From assembly GCA_963691875.1 (NCBI GenBank), contig OY829846.1:2016001-2080000 (forward strand): DNA of 64,000 nucleotides, written 5' to 3'. Positions 39,988-50,073 of this stretch are shown here, piece after piece. The position numbers and the translations under genes were made by a program. Source of the stretch: Aureliella sp. (lineage in GTDB: Bacteria > Planctomycetota > Planctomycetia > Pirellulales > Pirellulaceae). The notes below the pieces were generated by a model, which did no database searches, was not told the DNA's origin, and saw only the letters and a list, made by a program, of their open reading frames with translations. The stretch's first letter is position 1. The number at the start of each line of letters is the position of its first letter.

Positions 39988-41206
39988 GCTTCAGAGCAAC
40001 TTCTATCGCCTTACGTTCATCTTGCTCGGCGTAGACTTGTGTTATTCCAACCTCAGCATGGCCAAGAAAACCAGCTGCATGATCGAGCCCAAACTCTGAT
40101 CTGGCTTTTGTTGCTGCCGAATGGCGGAGTTGATTCGGAGCCCATTTGGGGACGCCTGCTTTCTTGCAGCGGTAGTATATCGCGCGGCGATAGCTCATCG
40201 AAGAATAAGCTGAACCGAGTCGTGATGCTTGAGACCGTTTCTTTCCGCTTCGGGTTCGAGAGTTGTAACCTGGCTTGTTGCCTTGATTTGCAGGAGTCTG
40301 CCGCAGCTCGGTCAGCATCGCTCTCCGCTGTGCGTCACATTCGGCGGGTGAAAATAGATTGACGTTGGGGTCTCGATCGAGGTAGTGTCTGAGCACTGCT
40401 TGAGCTTCCGGGCCGATGTAAATGATTCGTTCCTTGCCACGCCAAGCGCCTTTGTGGTCGATGAGATGGGCTCGCCAAACTTCACCACTTCGATCAATCA
40501 TCGAGGGGGTTAGTGCGCAGACCTCGGCTGGACGGCAGCCCGTGAGAAGTTGCACGCGAATCATATCCGCCAGGACTGGTGGGCACTCCTTGAGAGTCGC
40601 GTCGACGACATCTTGGGAAACTGGGAGAATCTTCTTCGTCTCTGGTGCAGAAGTCCTACCAGCCTTTAGGCCTGGGATGACTCGCAGATCGTTATAAACA
40701 TGAGATGGAATGATTCCATCCGCAGCAGCCCAGCGAAACATCCGACTCAGTCGAGACATTTGAGCATTGATATACTTCCGCGCGAGAGGCTTAGCGCTCT
40801 TCTTCTTGTTTCCTCGTCCGCGTTGACAGGTTGGATCATCCACGAGGGTCTGGCGTACGGCTTTGAACTGTCGCGGCCCAAACTCGATGGCCGGAAGGTC
40901 AGCGCAGAGTTTCTTGACCACTCGGAAGATGAGTTTGACTTGATTCGTTTCAGGAGAAGCCTGGGATGGATAGTGCCTCTTGCAATGAGCCAGATAGTCG
41001 ACCATCAGCATGGCCAGCGTGACCTCGTCCGGATCGGTCCCAAAGCAGATCTGACCAGCGGCAGCATGATACTCAGCAAGGATGCGATGATACTCGCGTT
41101 TGCTTTCCACCGAATTGTATTTGCCAAGATAGTGTTGCTTCCCAGCGAGGGTAACAACAGCGCGGCCGGAGGGTTTGTGCAAGCGATATTTGGGAGTTCT
41201 TGTCAT
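39980..41206 (-). CDS. tyrosine recombinase / integrase
   Basis: LTGCRPAEV (R), HK, QLRHSAAT, LGH, VYAE (Y); N-terminus YRLHKPSGRAVVTL. Confidence 0.93.
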   Translation of the reverse strand: MTRTPKYRLHKPSGRAVVTLAGKQHYLGKYNSVESKREYHRILAEYHAAAGQICFGTDPDEVTLAMLMVDYLAHCKRHYPSQASPETNQVKLIFRVVKKLCADLPAIEFGPRQFKAVRQTLVDDPTCQRGRGNKKKSAKPLARKYINAQMSRLSRMFRWAAADGIIPSHVYNDLRVIPGLKAGRTSAPETKKILPVSQDVVDATLKECPPVLADMIRVQLLTGCRPAEVCALTPSMIDRSGEVWRAHLIDHKGAWRGKERIIYIGPEAQAVLRHYLDRDPNVNLFSPAECDAQRRAMLTELRQTPANQGNKPGYNSRTRSGKKRSQASRLGSAYSSMSYRRAIYYRCKKAGVPKWAPNQLRHSAATKARSEFGLDHAAGFLGHAEVGITQVYAEQDERKAIEVALKLG

Positions 41207-41228
41207 GGGAGAGTGCCTTTGCTGTCGT

Positions 41229-41250
41229 GAAAGTGGTAATTACCACTTTC
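41229..41250. promoter_or_regulatory. 22-bp perfect palindrome upstream of the integrase
   Basis: GAAAGTGGTAATTACCACTTTC; the core TGGTAATTACCA recurs at 28286-28297. Confidence 0.6.
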
Positions 41251-41325
41251 GATGAACAGAAAACAGCGCTCTCAGAACCACTCTGAGGTCACGTTTGGAT
41301 AACGAAATCGCTTATGAAAACAAAG

Positions 41326-41399
41326 GGTGAGTAACGGGGCTCGAACCCGTGACCACTGGAACCACAATCCAGTGCTCTACCAACTGAGCTATACTCACC
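41326..41399 (-). tRNA. tRNA-His: tRNA-His (GTG)
   Basis: GGTGAGTATAGCTCAGTTGGTAGAGCACTGGATTGTGGTTCCAGTGGTCACGGGTTCGAGCCCCGTTACTCACC; G-1/C73 identity; full CCA not encoded. Confidence 0.97.
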
Positions 41400-41411
41400 G
41401 TGTGGGGGCAA

Positions 41412-41440
41412 ATTCTAATTTTCGTGCGCCCTATCGTCAA
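41412..41440 (-). promoter_or_regulatory. sigma70 promoter of tRNA-His
   Basis: TTGACG-17 nt-TAGAAT on the minus strand, 12 nt before the tRNA. Confidence 0.8.
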
Positions 41441-42215
41441 CTTACGATTTGCTCTTCGTAAGGTCTCTTCATCATGCGGATACTCAGGTCCGACGTGGGA
41501 TAAGCCAGAATTCCTGGTTTGATCCGCCGACCCTCATTCAATGCGGGTTTTCCACATCGCTGGCGGTCAGAGTTAGCAAGGGGAAATTGGCTCGGAGTGC
41601 CGCACCGCTGGCGGAACAAGGCTGCGGCAACGCGAATCCCTAGAGAAGAACCTTCCAGTGCCCGATGGCACAAAACAACGCGAGCATAGGGTGTCTGGTT
41701 AGGTGCGTTTTGTGGGCACAGCATTGGCTACGAGCCTCGCAGCTCTCTTGATTCTATTGTCAATGGCCCGAAGCTTGACGACTTCCGCTGCTAACGAACC
41801 ACAGTGTCCAGGAAGGACGAATGGCATATTATCGATCGCCTTGCAGCCGAGTTCGTGGATTTACCCGCTACAGAAAAGCATTGAGAACAAAATGCTTACT
41901 TGTCTTGTTTGATGGATTTCAAGCGAATCCACGGCGGAGAGGACAGCGAAAAGATTGCTAGCTAAGGAGGTTAGACTTTTTATTGGTAATTTGTAGCGAT
42001 CAGTAAAAGTTTACGGGCGCCTGCGACGATAAAGTTCCTTGTCAGGGCGTTTTGCTTTAAGTGTGGAACGTGTGTGAGTTCATTTCTCACCGGCCTGACA
42101 GGGGGTTCGAAAGCAAGATTCCGTTACGACAGGGATCATTCTCACGGCACTTTGCCTCGTCGGCATCGTTGTCGAAGAATGATGCTCGTGACAGACTCGG
42201 TAGGACCTCGCTCCG

Positions 42216-44621
42216 ATGAGCCGCCCCATTTTCCGATTGGCCGCCTTACTTCAAATCGTCATCGTTCTGGCGACTGGTTGTGCTCCCACACAGCCCTTCT
42301 TCATCGCCAACGATCCTGGACGAGCCAACTTTATTGCTCAGTCGATGAGCATTGACTATGCCGACGTTCATGTCGACAGCTTGCAGGAAGTCGCCGCAGT
42401 CTATCCGCCTTTCGGTCCAGGCAATCTGCCGGAAGAATTCCTCGACTATTCGCTCGAAGACTGTATCGCCATCGCGTTGAATAACTCAAAGATCCTGAGG
42501 GTCATTCCTGGTTCGAACCCGAATTCAGGCAGTATTCTGGATCAGATCCTCAGCGCCACACCAGGCCAGATGCCCAGCCGTTGGGATCCAGCAATTGTCA
42601 GCACTCGCGCTAGCTCGCAGCCGGCTGCTGTTGATAACCAAGGAAACCGTATCGCGCCGCGCAGCCTAATCCGAGCCAATCAAGTAGGTGGTGTTGAGGA
42701 CGCATTAAGCGAATTCGACGCTCAGTTCTTTGCAGTCATGGGCTACAACACAACCGACCGCCCTCGAAACGTCGCGCCCGGCAACGTGTTCAACCCACAG
42801 TTCTTCCAGGCTCGCGATGCCAACGCACTGGCCGCACTCTCGAAGCGGATGGCGACAGGTACCGTTGCAACTGCACGGTTCGCAACGATCTACTCTAGTA
42901 ACAACATTCCTACGCCGACACCACAGAACCCGAACAACTTCGGCCGGAACGTTCCAAGCGACTACACGGCGACGATGGAACTACAAGTAAATCAACCTCT
43001 CCTCCGTGGTCGCGGCACCTTGGTCAACCGCATTCCAATCGTGTTGGCTCGAATCAACGAAGATCTTGAGCTGCATCAGTTCGAAACCAATGTTCGCAAC
43101 TTGATTCGTGATGTTGAGTTCGCCTACTGGAACTTGTACTGCGGTTATCAAGTATTCCGGGCATCGAAGGACGCTCACAACAGTGCTCTTGAGCTGTGGA
43201 AAGTGGCCAAGGCACGCAACGACATTGGAGAAGGTGCACCGGAGGCGGAAGCACAAGCTCGCTCGCAACTCAAGCTATTCGAAGGTCGCCTGACCGCGGC
43301 ACTCTACGGATCGCGAGTCCAAGGCAACGAGCCAGAGGGGCTACTCGGACGTGAAATGGTCCTTCGTGAGAAGATGGGACTAGGTGCATGCGACGGTAAA
43401 CTTCTACGCCCGGCTGACCAGCCGAACCTGGCTCGAGTCCATTTCGACTGGTATGAGATCCATGCTGAGGCCTTGGCGCGAAACACAGAATTGCGTCGCC
43501 AGAAGTGGGCGATTAAGCAACGAGAGCTAGAGCTGGTACTAGCAAAGAACCACACCTTACCCCAATTCGACCTCGTATCTTTCTATCGATGGGTTGGCGT
43601 CGGCGACGAGTTTGCAAGAGCCAGTCGAAACGGAATCGACTTTCCGAATGCTGGTTCCAACGCGATTGAGAGCCTAACAGGCGGCGACTATCAAGAAGTC
43701 GGTGTGCGTGCCGAATTGACTCCGCATGCAATGGGAAAACGCCGCGCAGAAGCAAACCTGCAGGGAGCTCGTATCGCGTTGAACAAGTCCAAGGAAGAAT
43801 TGCTCGAGAAGGAAAACGCTCTTACGATGCGACTGCAACGCGAAATGCAATTGCTTGAGTCCCATTTCATACAAATGCAGAACTATGGCGATCAGCTGCA
43901 AGCCCAACAGGAAGAAGCAGCGATCTACATCGATAAGATCGAGAGTAGTGCTGGACAGCTCAACCAGCTGTTGGATCTGCTGCTACGAGCGGAAGAACGC
44001 CAAGCTCAAGCGGAACAGCAGTACTATCAGGCCGTATGCGAATACAACAAACAGATCACCAACATTCACTATTACAAGGGCTCGTTGTTCGACTTGAATT
44101 CGGTCACCCTGCAAGAAGGCGAGTGGGCTGACAAGGCTTACTGGGACGCAGAGGAGCGAGCTCGCGAGCGTGGTGCTGGCATCTACTTCGACTACGGCTA
44201 CACACGACCTGGAGTTATCAGCAATGGACCTGTCGAGCAAGGCTTGCCAACCGAAAGCAACCTTTCGCGTCCGGGATCTGGCCAGCTTGATGAAGTCCCG
44301 AGCATCCCTGGCGAGCCACAGGATCCTGACACTGCTCCAGGTAGTGGCAATGAACGTCCCAAGTTGGAAAAACTTGAAGACCGAAAACCAGTTGCCTTTG
44401 GCTCTGCGGACTGGGTCCAACCAGCTTCCGCCAACGAGCCTGCTGAAGCAAACTACGACTGGGGTGACCTGGGAATGAGCTCCAACAGTCAAACAGACGA
44501 GCCAGCACGGATCGTTGCCTACCCCAAAGTTCGACGGCTGAGCGATGACGAGTCTAGCTCCAGAGCCGTACCCACTTCTTCACGCCCCTTTGTTAATCTT
44601 AGCGACATATGGAATCGTTAG
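42216..44621 (+). CDS. TolC-family outer-membrane efflux lipoprotein (planctomycete type)
   Basis: Lipobox LATGC, QPLLRGRG, DVEFAYWNL, coiled-coil repeats. Confidence 0.85.
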   Translation: MSRPIFRLAALLQIVIVLATGCAPTQPFFIANDPGRANFIAQSMSIDYADVHVDSLQEVAAVYPPFGPGNLPEEFLDYSLEDCIAIALNNSKILRVIPGSNPNSGSILDQILSATPGQMPSRWDPAIVSTRASSQPAAVDNQGNRIAPRSLIRANQVGGVEDALSEFDAQFFAVMGYNTTDRPRNVAPGNVFNPQFFQARDANALAALSKRMATGTVATARFATIYSSNNIPTPTPQNPNNFGRNVPSDYTATMELQVNQPLLRGRGTLVNRIPIVLARINEDLELHQFETNVRNLIRDVEFAYWNLYCGYQVFRASKDAHNSALELWKVAKARNDIGEGAPEAEAQARSQLKLFEGRLTAALYGSRVQGNEPEGLLGREMVLREKMGLGACDGKLLRPADQPNLARVHFDWYEIHAEALARNTELRRQKWAIKQRELELVLAKNHTLPQFDLVSFYRWVGVGDEFARASRNGIDFPNAGSNAIESLTGGDYQEVGVRAELTPHAMGKRRAEANLQGARIALNKSKEELLEKENALTMRLQREMQLLESHFIQMQNYGDQLQAQQEEAAIYIDKIESSAGQLNQLLDLLLRAEERQAQAEQQYYQAVCEYNKQITNIHYYKGSLFDLNSVTLQEGEWADKAYWDAEERARERGAGIYFDYGYTRPGVISNGPVEQGLPTESNLSRPGSGQLDEVPSIPGEPQDPDTAPGSGNERPKLEKLEDRKPVAFGSADWVQPASANEPAEANYDWGDLGMSSNSQTDEPARIVAYPKVRRLSDDESSSRAVPTSSRPFVNLSDIWNR

Positions 44622-44694
44622 CGGCAGAAGATCCACTTTGAGAATTAATTAGCGTACAGCCGAGTGCTGTGAACGAGGCGAGGGGGCGTCCGGT

Positions 44695-44724
44695 CGGGTC
44701 CAGTAGCATTGCTACTGCGACCCG
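44695..44724. terminator. hairpin after the TolC-family gene (terminator or REP-like)
   Basis: CGGGTC-CAGTAGCA-T-TGCTACTG-C-GACCCG. Confidence 0.5.
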
Positions 44725-45012
44725 TTCGGCATTTATAGCCCGTATCTGTCATTCCGGGTTCTTAGCTCAGCGTTCATATGGAATGCTCTCACGACGTCGG
44801 GAGTTTCGGCTAGACTAGCGATTGACCGTGAAAGTCGTGAAGGACGCCGGCAAATGGGAGCTTTGCACCCGGATTCGTACCCCTCATCCACTACGAGGGA
44901 TTTCTCGCGAAATCCACTATCGGCCAAAGGTCTTTACGGCTTCCGCTACGTATGATTTCCAAAACCACTTGCCCTGCACAACCCCTTCCCCATCCCACCA
45001 CGAGGTCCTACT

Positions 45013-46452
45013 ATGCCGCATTCCGTCTCACGAAGAATGTTCGTTCAAGCAACAGGTTTTGCCGCTGGAGCTGCGGCTCTTTCTCCGGTGCCAACGATCG
45101 CTCGAGGACGTCTGGAAAAACCAACTTTGCTCGGCATTGGAGCCGGCGGCAAGGGACGGGCGGATCTCGAAGGAGCTCAGCGTGCAGGGTTCGATGTAAT
45201 TGCGCTGGCAGACGTGGTCGACATCAAATCCTTCAACGGAGTTGCCGATCGGCGAACTAAAGGCTTGGGGCAGGTGCGAGCAGCTTTCCCAAACGCAACC
45301 TTTGGAACCGACTATCGTGAGATGCTGTCCGAGCTGGGTGACAAGGTCGATGCTGTCACCGTTTCCACACCAGATCACCACCACTTCCATGCCAGTGTGC
45401 AAGCGATGTTGGCAGGCAAGCACGTATATTGTCAAAAGCCTCTGACCCATGGCATTTGGGAAGCTCGCATGATGAGCAAAGTGGCTGCCGATACCGGTGT
45501 GAAAACGCAGATGGGCAATCAAGCTCATGCGAACGATCACATGCGTCGTTGCGTCGAGTTGATTCGAGCTGGAGTCATCGGCAAAATCAAAGAAATTCAT
45601 ACTTGGACAAACCGTCCTATCTGGCCTCAAGGTTTTGCCAAGCCGCCCGCGCCCGAGCCGGTCCCAACGGGACTCGACTGGAAGCAATGGGTCGGACCCG
45701 CGCCTTGGGTGGAATACAATCACGTGATCGCTCCGTTTGCTTGGCGAGGCTGGTGGAATTATGGCACCGGAGCACTTGGTGACATGGCATGCCACATCAT
45801 GGATCTTGGCTATTGGTCAATGAATCCTGGAGCACCAAAAACAGTACTAGCCGAGCAGAATGGTGCAACGGATTTCTCACCACCGATCAACTCCAAAATT
45901 ACTTGGCAGTTTGGCGCGAACGATTTCAGCTCCAAGGATGGCTTCACGATCAATTGGTACGACGGCTACGTAGATGCTAAGTTCAATCGCGAGAAGTGGA
46001 TTCTGGAGAAGGACAGCAAGGAGTACAACCATCCTTCGGAAGAAGTCATGGAAGGTATGAGTTTTTCCAAGTTTGGCAGCGTCATCATTGGCGAAGACGG
46101 CAAGCTATTTTTCAACCGCAGCAACAACAACTGGGTGCTCAAGACAAACAGCAAAGTTGATGGTTTCGAGTGGCCGCCCGAGACGATACCGCGAGCCAAC
46201 AACCAAGACAATTACCTTGAGTGGTACGATGCCGTCACAGGTACGGTCTCGCAAAGCGAATCAAACTTTGCGTTGGCTGGCCCCTTCACCGAAACGATCT
46301 TGCTCGGAGTTCTGGCTCAGCGAGTCGCCGGCCAGAAGTTGATTTGGGACGCAGAGAAAATGCAGGTGAAAGGACGACCTGAGCTCGATCAGTACATCAA
46401 GCGCGAGTACTCCGAAGGCTGGAGCGAGAAGGTGTTGCTCGGAGACGCGTGA
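45013..46452 (+). CDS. Tat-exported Gfo/Idh/MocA oxidoreductase
   Basis: SRRMFV Tat motif, IGAGGKG, STPDHHH, HVYCQKPL, GDMACH. Confidence 0.92.
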   Translation: MPHSVSRRMFVQATGFAAGAAALSPVPTIARGRLEKPTLLGIGAGGKGRADLEGAQRAGFDVIALADVVDIKSFNGVADRRTKGLGQVRAAFPNATFGTDYREMLSELGDKVDAVTVSTPDHHHFHASVQAMLAGKHVYCQKPLTHGIWEARMMSKVAADTGVKTQMGNQAHANDHMRRCVELIRAGVIGKIKEIHTWTNRPIWPQGFAKPPAPEPVPTGLDWKQWVGPAPWVEYNHVIAPFAWRGWWNYGTGALGDMACHIMDLGYWSMNPGAPKTVLAEQNGATDFSPPINSKITWQFGANDFSSKDGFTINWYDGYVDAKFNREKWILEKDSKEYNHPSEEVMEGMSFSKFGSVIIGEDGKLFFNRSNNNWVLKTNSKVDGFEWPPETIPRANNQDNYLEWYDAVTGTVSQSESNFALAGPFTETILLGVLAQRVAGQKLIWDAEKMQVKGRPELDQYIKREYSEGWSEKVLLGDA

Positions 46453-46660
46453 GCGTTTCAAACCACGATCCAAGGACAAGCCTCTACCGAGTTCGCAATC
46501 CCACATTCATCCGGCATAGTCTTGAAAGAAACAGACAGTGCAGCGAAGGGCAAGATGGCGAACTTGGTGCACATCGACGGCAAAAAAAGCTGCGGGGGGT
46601 AACTCCCAATAGCCTGCAGCAGAATCGGACTGATACCGAGCAGGATGTGGGAGCGTTGCC

Positions 46661-46858
46661 TTAGCTTTTTCCATTCAAGAATTGGAAAACAAAGAACAGG
46701 ACAAGAGCTATACCGAGGGCTATAAAGCCGCGGAGTCTCCCAGGCTGAAAATCCTCTTGCAAGTGGCGCATCCGCTCATCACAAGCTTTGCTGGCAGCGC
46801 TGGCAAAGAATGTCCCAAGTACCAACACTAGAATGAACAGAATGAGGTTGGTTTCCAT
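46661..46858 (-). CDS. small protein with two TM helices
   Basis: 65 aa, two hydrophobic helices. Confidence 0.5.
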   Translation of the reverse strand: METNLILFILVLVLGTFFASAASKACDERMRHLQEDFQPGRLRGFIALGIALVLFFVFQFLNGKS

Positions 46859-47554
46859 GAGGTGCTATTTGAGAAGCGTAGGGTAAGTTCCGTTGGAGTC
46901 CTAAATCAACTCCAGTGTTTGCCGATGTTCCCGCATGAAGAATCGGATACTTACAGCCGGCTAGCTAAGGCACCGATTCGGTTTTCTACAGCAATGCCTT
47001 TTGCAGCCTGCTATTCGAAGGACGAGACTGCCTTGTGCAAACTTGCACAAAGTGGGCGATTTAAAATTTGAACTGGCGCCCAGAATCTCCTCTAATGAAT
47101 TCTCCGCTGGTACCTAATGCCAGAATCAGAAACCAACTTCCAAAGAGGGGGCGCTATGATTCACCCTTGCTCAATCACAAGTCGCACTGGATACGACCCG
47201 AAATCCAAACAAGCGCGAGTTCGCGATAGCCTCGCCATCATTAGCTCCATCGTAGGCGTCGGAGCACTCATCTTTAGCATTGGAATTTTATCTCAGTGGA
47301 TGGGCTAGGGGAGCTTATACCTCGTCTTTAGGCAGAGGTGAAAAGCGCAGTGGTCTAGATTTCTGGCGAAAAGGGCTCTGGCGTTTTCGGTTGCTCCTGC
47401 TGTGGACTGCTCCTTACAATCACTGGTTTTCTCTCGACCTTTAGCGGTGGGGATGAGCTTGAGGAGCCTATCATGGATCTATGACGTGCGCTACCGGCAT
47501 CCAAGTCTGCCTGAGATAAAGGCTTTGAAAAGGTCCCTTTTGTGAAGCGGGCCA

Positions 47555-47899
47555 TCAGTCTCCGAGTACGGCAAGGTTAGAATCTCCTGCAGTCCCAAGC
47601 CGGCGTTTGAAAATCGCACTCGCTTGAAACTTGACCTCTGCGGGCGTCCTCTGTCTTGCCTCGACTACATGTAAGTTGGGAACAAGAAACCGTGGAGTAT
47701 TGAAGTTCCGCGTTTGCATCGGACTGTCATTGCGATTTTGCAAGAGGACATTCAGGTAGACTTCACCCCTCGCTTTGAGCTTCGAATGGTTGGGCAGGGC
47801 GATGCATGGCGGCGTCGGGACTGCCACGAGTCCGGGCAAAAGCCCCAAGAACGTGGTCAACAAGATAAGTGATCTTAGCGTGTAGAATCGTCTCTTCAT
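47555..47899 (-). CDS. hypothetical protein
   Basis: MKRRFYTLRSLILLTT planctomycete-type N-terminus; coupled by TGATG to the 47355-47555 ORF. Confidence 0.4.
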   Translation of the reverse strand: MKRRFYTLRSLILLTTFLGLLPGLVAVPTPPCIALPNHSKLKARGEVYLNVLLQNRNDSPMQTRNFNTPRFLVPNLHVVEARQRTPAEVKFQASAIFKRRLGTAGDSNLAVLGD

Positions 47900-48009
47900 C
47901 GCGTTTGCCCCAGCACTACCCCGCCACAGGAAGAATCGGTGCTTGGATCTTACCACAGCGGTATCTAGAACGAAGGGTTGCGAAAAAACGCAGAAGCGAA
48001 TCGACGTTT

Positions 48010-48588
48010 CTAAAGATTGATTGCCCCAGATGAAGAGAGGAGTTCTAAAGAGGAGAGGTCAAGCTCACCTGAAACTGATTCGCCCGTTGATGCCCCTGCA
48101 TTCTGCGCACGCAGTTCAGCAAGGACATCGTCTGGAACCGGAAACTTATCCAGAACATCGAGGAAACGTAGAGCGCTACCATGAAACGGCCCGCGAGCTT
48201 CACGCCGTATCAACTCTGCTGTAAAAACATGCTCTTTCCCATTCAGCTCAAACATGGCCGCGAGACGCTCGTGCCTCATCGGCTCGACATGAATCAAACC
48301 TAAAGCAGAGTCAGAGACGTCCCGCGTTAGCATTTCGAAGGGAGCTTTGATCGGCTCATTTTCTTTATTGATTGGAACGGCAAGAACAGTAACGAGTAAT
48401 GGAACTCGCTCTTCACATCGTCGCTCATCATGCGCTGCGAACTTTGTCGCATTCTGGAACTGCCGCCTCGCGAAACGAGCTAACTCGTCCGAAATCGTCC
48501 CCAGATAATCCTTCAATTCAAAGCTCTTGACTGATTCTTGGCTCGCTGCGTTATCAGCCTTCGAATTACCCTCTGCCACGGTAGACAC
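48010..48588 (-). CDS. PilZ-like domain protein
   Basis: ERRCEERVP (RxxxR) and TRDVSDSALG (DxSxxG-like). Confidence 0.6.
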   Translation of the reverse strand: MSTVAEGNSKADNAASQESVKSFELKDYLGTISDELARFARRQFQNATKFAAHDERRCEERVPLLVTVLAVPINKENEPIKAPFEMLTRDVSDSALGLIHVEPMRHERLAAMFELNGKEHVFTAELIRREARGPFHGSALRFLDVLDKFPVPDDVLAELRAQNAGASTGESVSGELDLSSLELLSSSGAINL

Positions 48589-49008
48589 GGCTCATTTCCC
48601 TTCGCTCGAGGTCCAGCCGCTCAATTTTCAATGCGAGCCGCTACCTCAAACTTGGAACAACTCCGCCCTCCCCGCGTGAGATACAAGAAAACCTTGCAGA
48701 AAAAATTCCCCCACCCGAGTAGTTCGTGACGATCATGAGGCGCACACCCCTCTTTGAATCTACAAGTTGAGTACTCCATTACAGTATCCAGAGGGACTCA
48801 AGTAGAAAATCAACTGCCCAGCTCTACTACAAATGTTCGTCTTTGGGTGCATCTCTTGCAAACTCAAGCAGCTCGCAGGTGCGGAACCGCGTCGACGGAC
48901 TGGTCAGCGGACCGCAGTGCGATCCCGTTTTCGGGACTTGCCAGCCGACAAGAAAAGCAGATCATAGCGCTATTGAACTACCAATTCCGCTCTCGCAAAC
49001 GAAAACAC

Positions 49009-50073
49009 ATGGAACAGCAAATTCGAGCCTGGAAATGCCAACGATTCGCGGGTTTTGACGCGAGTGGCGGCAAGCGTGAAACCATCTCTCCGCTGCGAGA
49101 AGTGCTGGATTTGACGGAGACCTTCTTGCCGCGTTGCGATGAGAATTCCGTATTGATCCGCAATCATTTTGTGGGTGTCCAGTATCCGGACGCTCTGCAG
49201 GCTCAAGGGTTCTATCAGGAGAGACCGGAACTGCCCTATGTCCCGGGCGTTGATTGTGTAGGTAAAGTTCTAAAAGTTGGTGCCAGCGTGACTCAGGTGC
49301 ACCCCGGCGATATCGTCATCGGCAATATGCCTATTGGTGCCCTCGCGGAAGTTTCTGCTGCTTCGGCAACGCGGATTTGGAAACTGCCTGCTGGATTAGA
49401 CATGCAAAAGTGTGCGAACCTTTCGAGGAATTACTTCTCGGCTTACCACTCGCTTCGGGTGCTCGGAGCAGTAAAGCCCGGGCAGATCGTCTTGGTGGAC
49501 GGGGCCTCTGGCGGCGTAGGGCTCGCGGCGATCCAATTAGCCAAAGCGATGGGGGCCAAGGTGATTGCAGGCGTGAGCGTGGAAGCGAAGACTCGACTTC
49601 CAGAACGAGCGGGCGCCGACAGTGTACTTGTCTACGGACGCGAACAGACGACTTTTCTGGAATTCAAGAAGCAAGTCCGGCAAGTCTGCTCGGAGCTCGG
49701 GCAGCCAGCTGGTGTCGATGTGATCGTCGATATGGTCCAAGGTGAATTATTCGAAACCGCATTGCTGTCCTGCCTTCGTCCACTCGGACGAGTCGCCCTA
49801 GTTGGCTTTACTGCAGGGCAGAAACCCATTCGTCCTGGCATGATCTTGATCAAGCAAGCAACACTGATGGGCAGTATGTGGGGACCATGGTCGCGTGAGA
49901 ACCCGGAGCAGCACAAACAACATGTAGAAGAAATCCTCGACTTCATGGCTTCCGGAAAGGTAGACCCCATAGTTGGCAAGGTCTTCGACTTCGAGGACGC
50001 CATTTCCGCTTTCGAACTTTACGAACGCAACGAAGGACAAGGCAATACGGTCATCCGTTTTCCGCAGAACTGA
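49009..50073 (+). CDS. NADPH:quinone oxidoreductase (MDR family)
   Basis: LPYVPG, GASGGVGLAAIQLAKAMGA, VGFTAG. Confidence 0.9.
   Translation: MEQQIRAWKCQRFAGFDASGGKRETISPLREVLDLTETFLPRCDENSVLIRNHFVGVQYPDALQAQGFYQERPELPYVPGVDCVGKVLKVGASVTQVHPGDIVIGNMPIGALAEVSAASATRIWKLPAGLDMQKCANLSRNYFSAYHSLRVLGAVKPGQIVLVDGASGGVGLAAIQLAKAMGAKVIAGVSVEAKTRLPERAGADSVLVYGREQTTFLEFKKQVRQVCSELGQPAGVDVIVDMVQGELFETALLSCLRPLGRVALVGFTAGQKPIRPGMILIKQATLMGSMWGPWSRENPEQHKQHVEEILDFMASGKVDPIVGKVFDFEDAISAFELYERNEGQGNTVIRFPQN

Larger units (their letters stand above)
28094..41367. mobile_element. integrative element / defence island of about 13.2 kb in tRNA-His
   Basis: Terminal 46-bp direct repeats, tyrosine integrase next to the tRNA, R-M cargo and IS relics. 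Confidence 0.92.
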
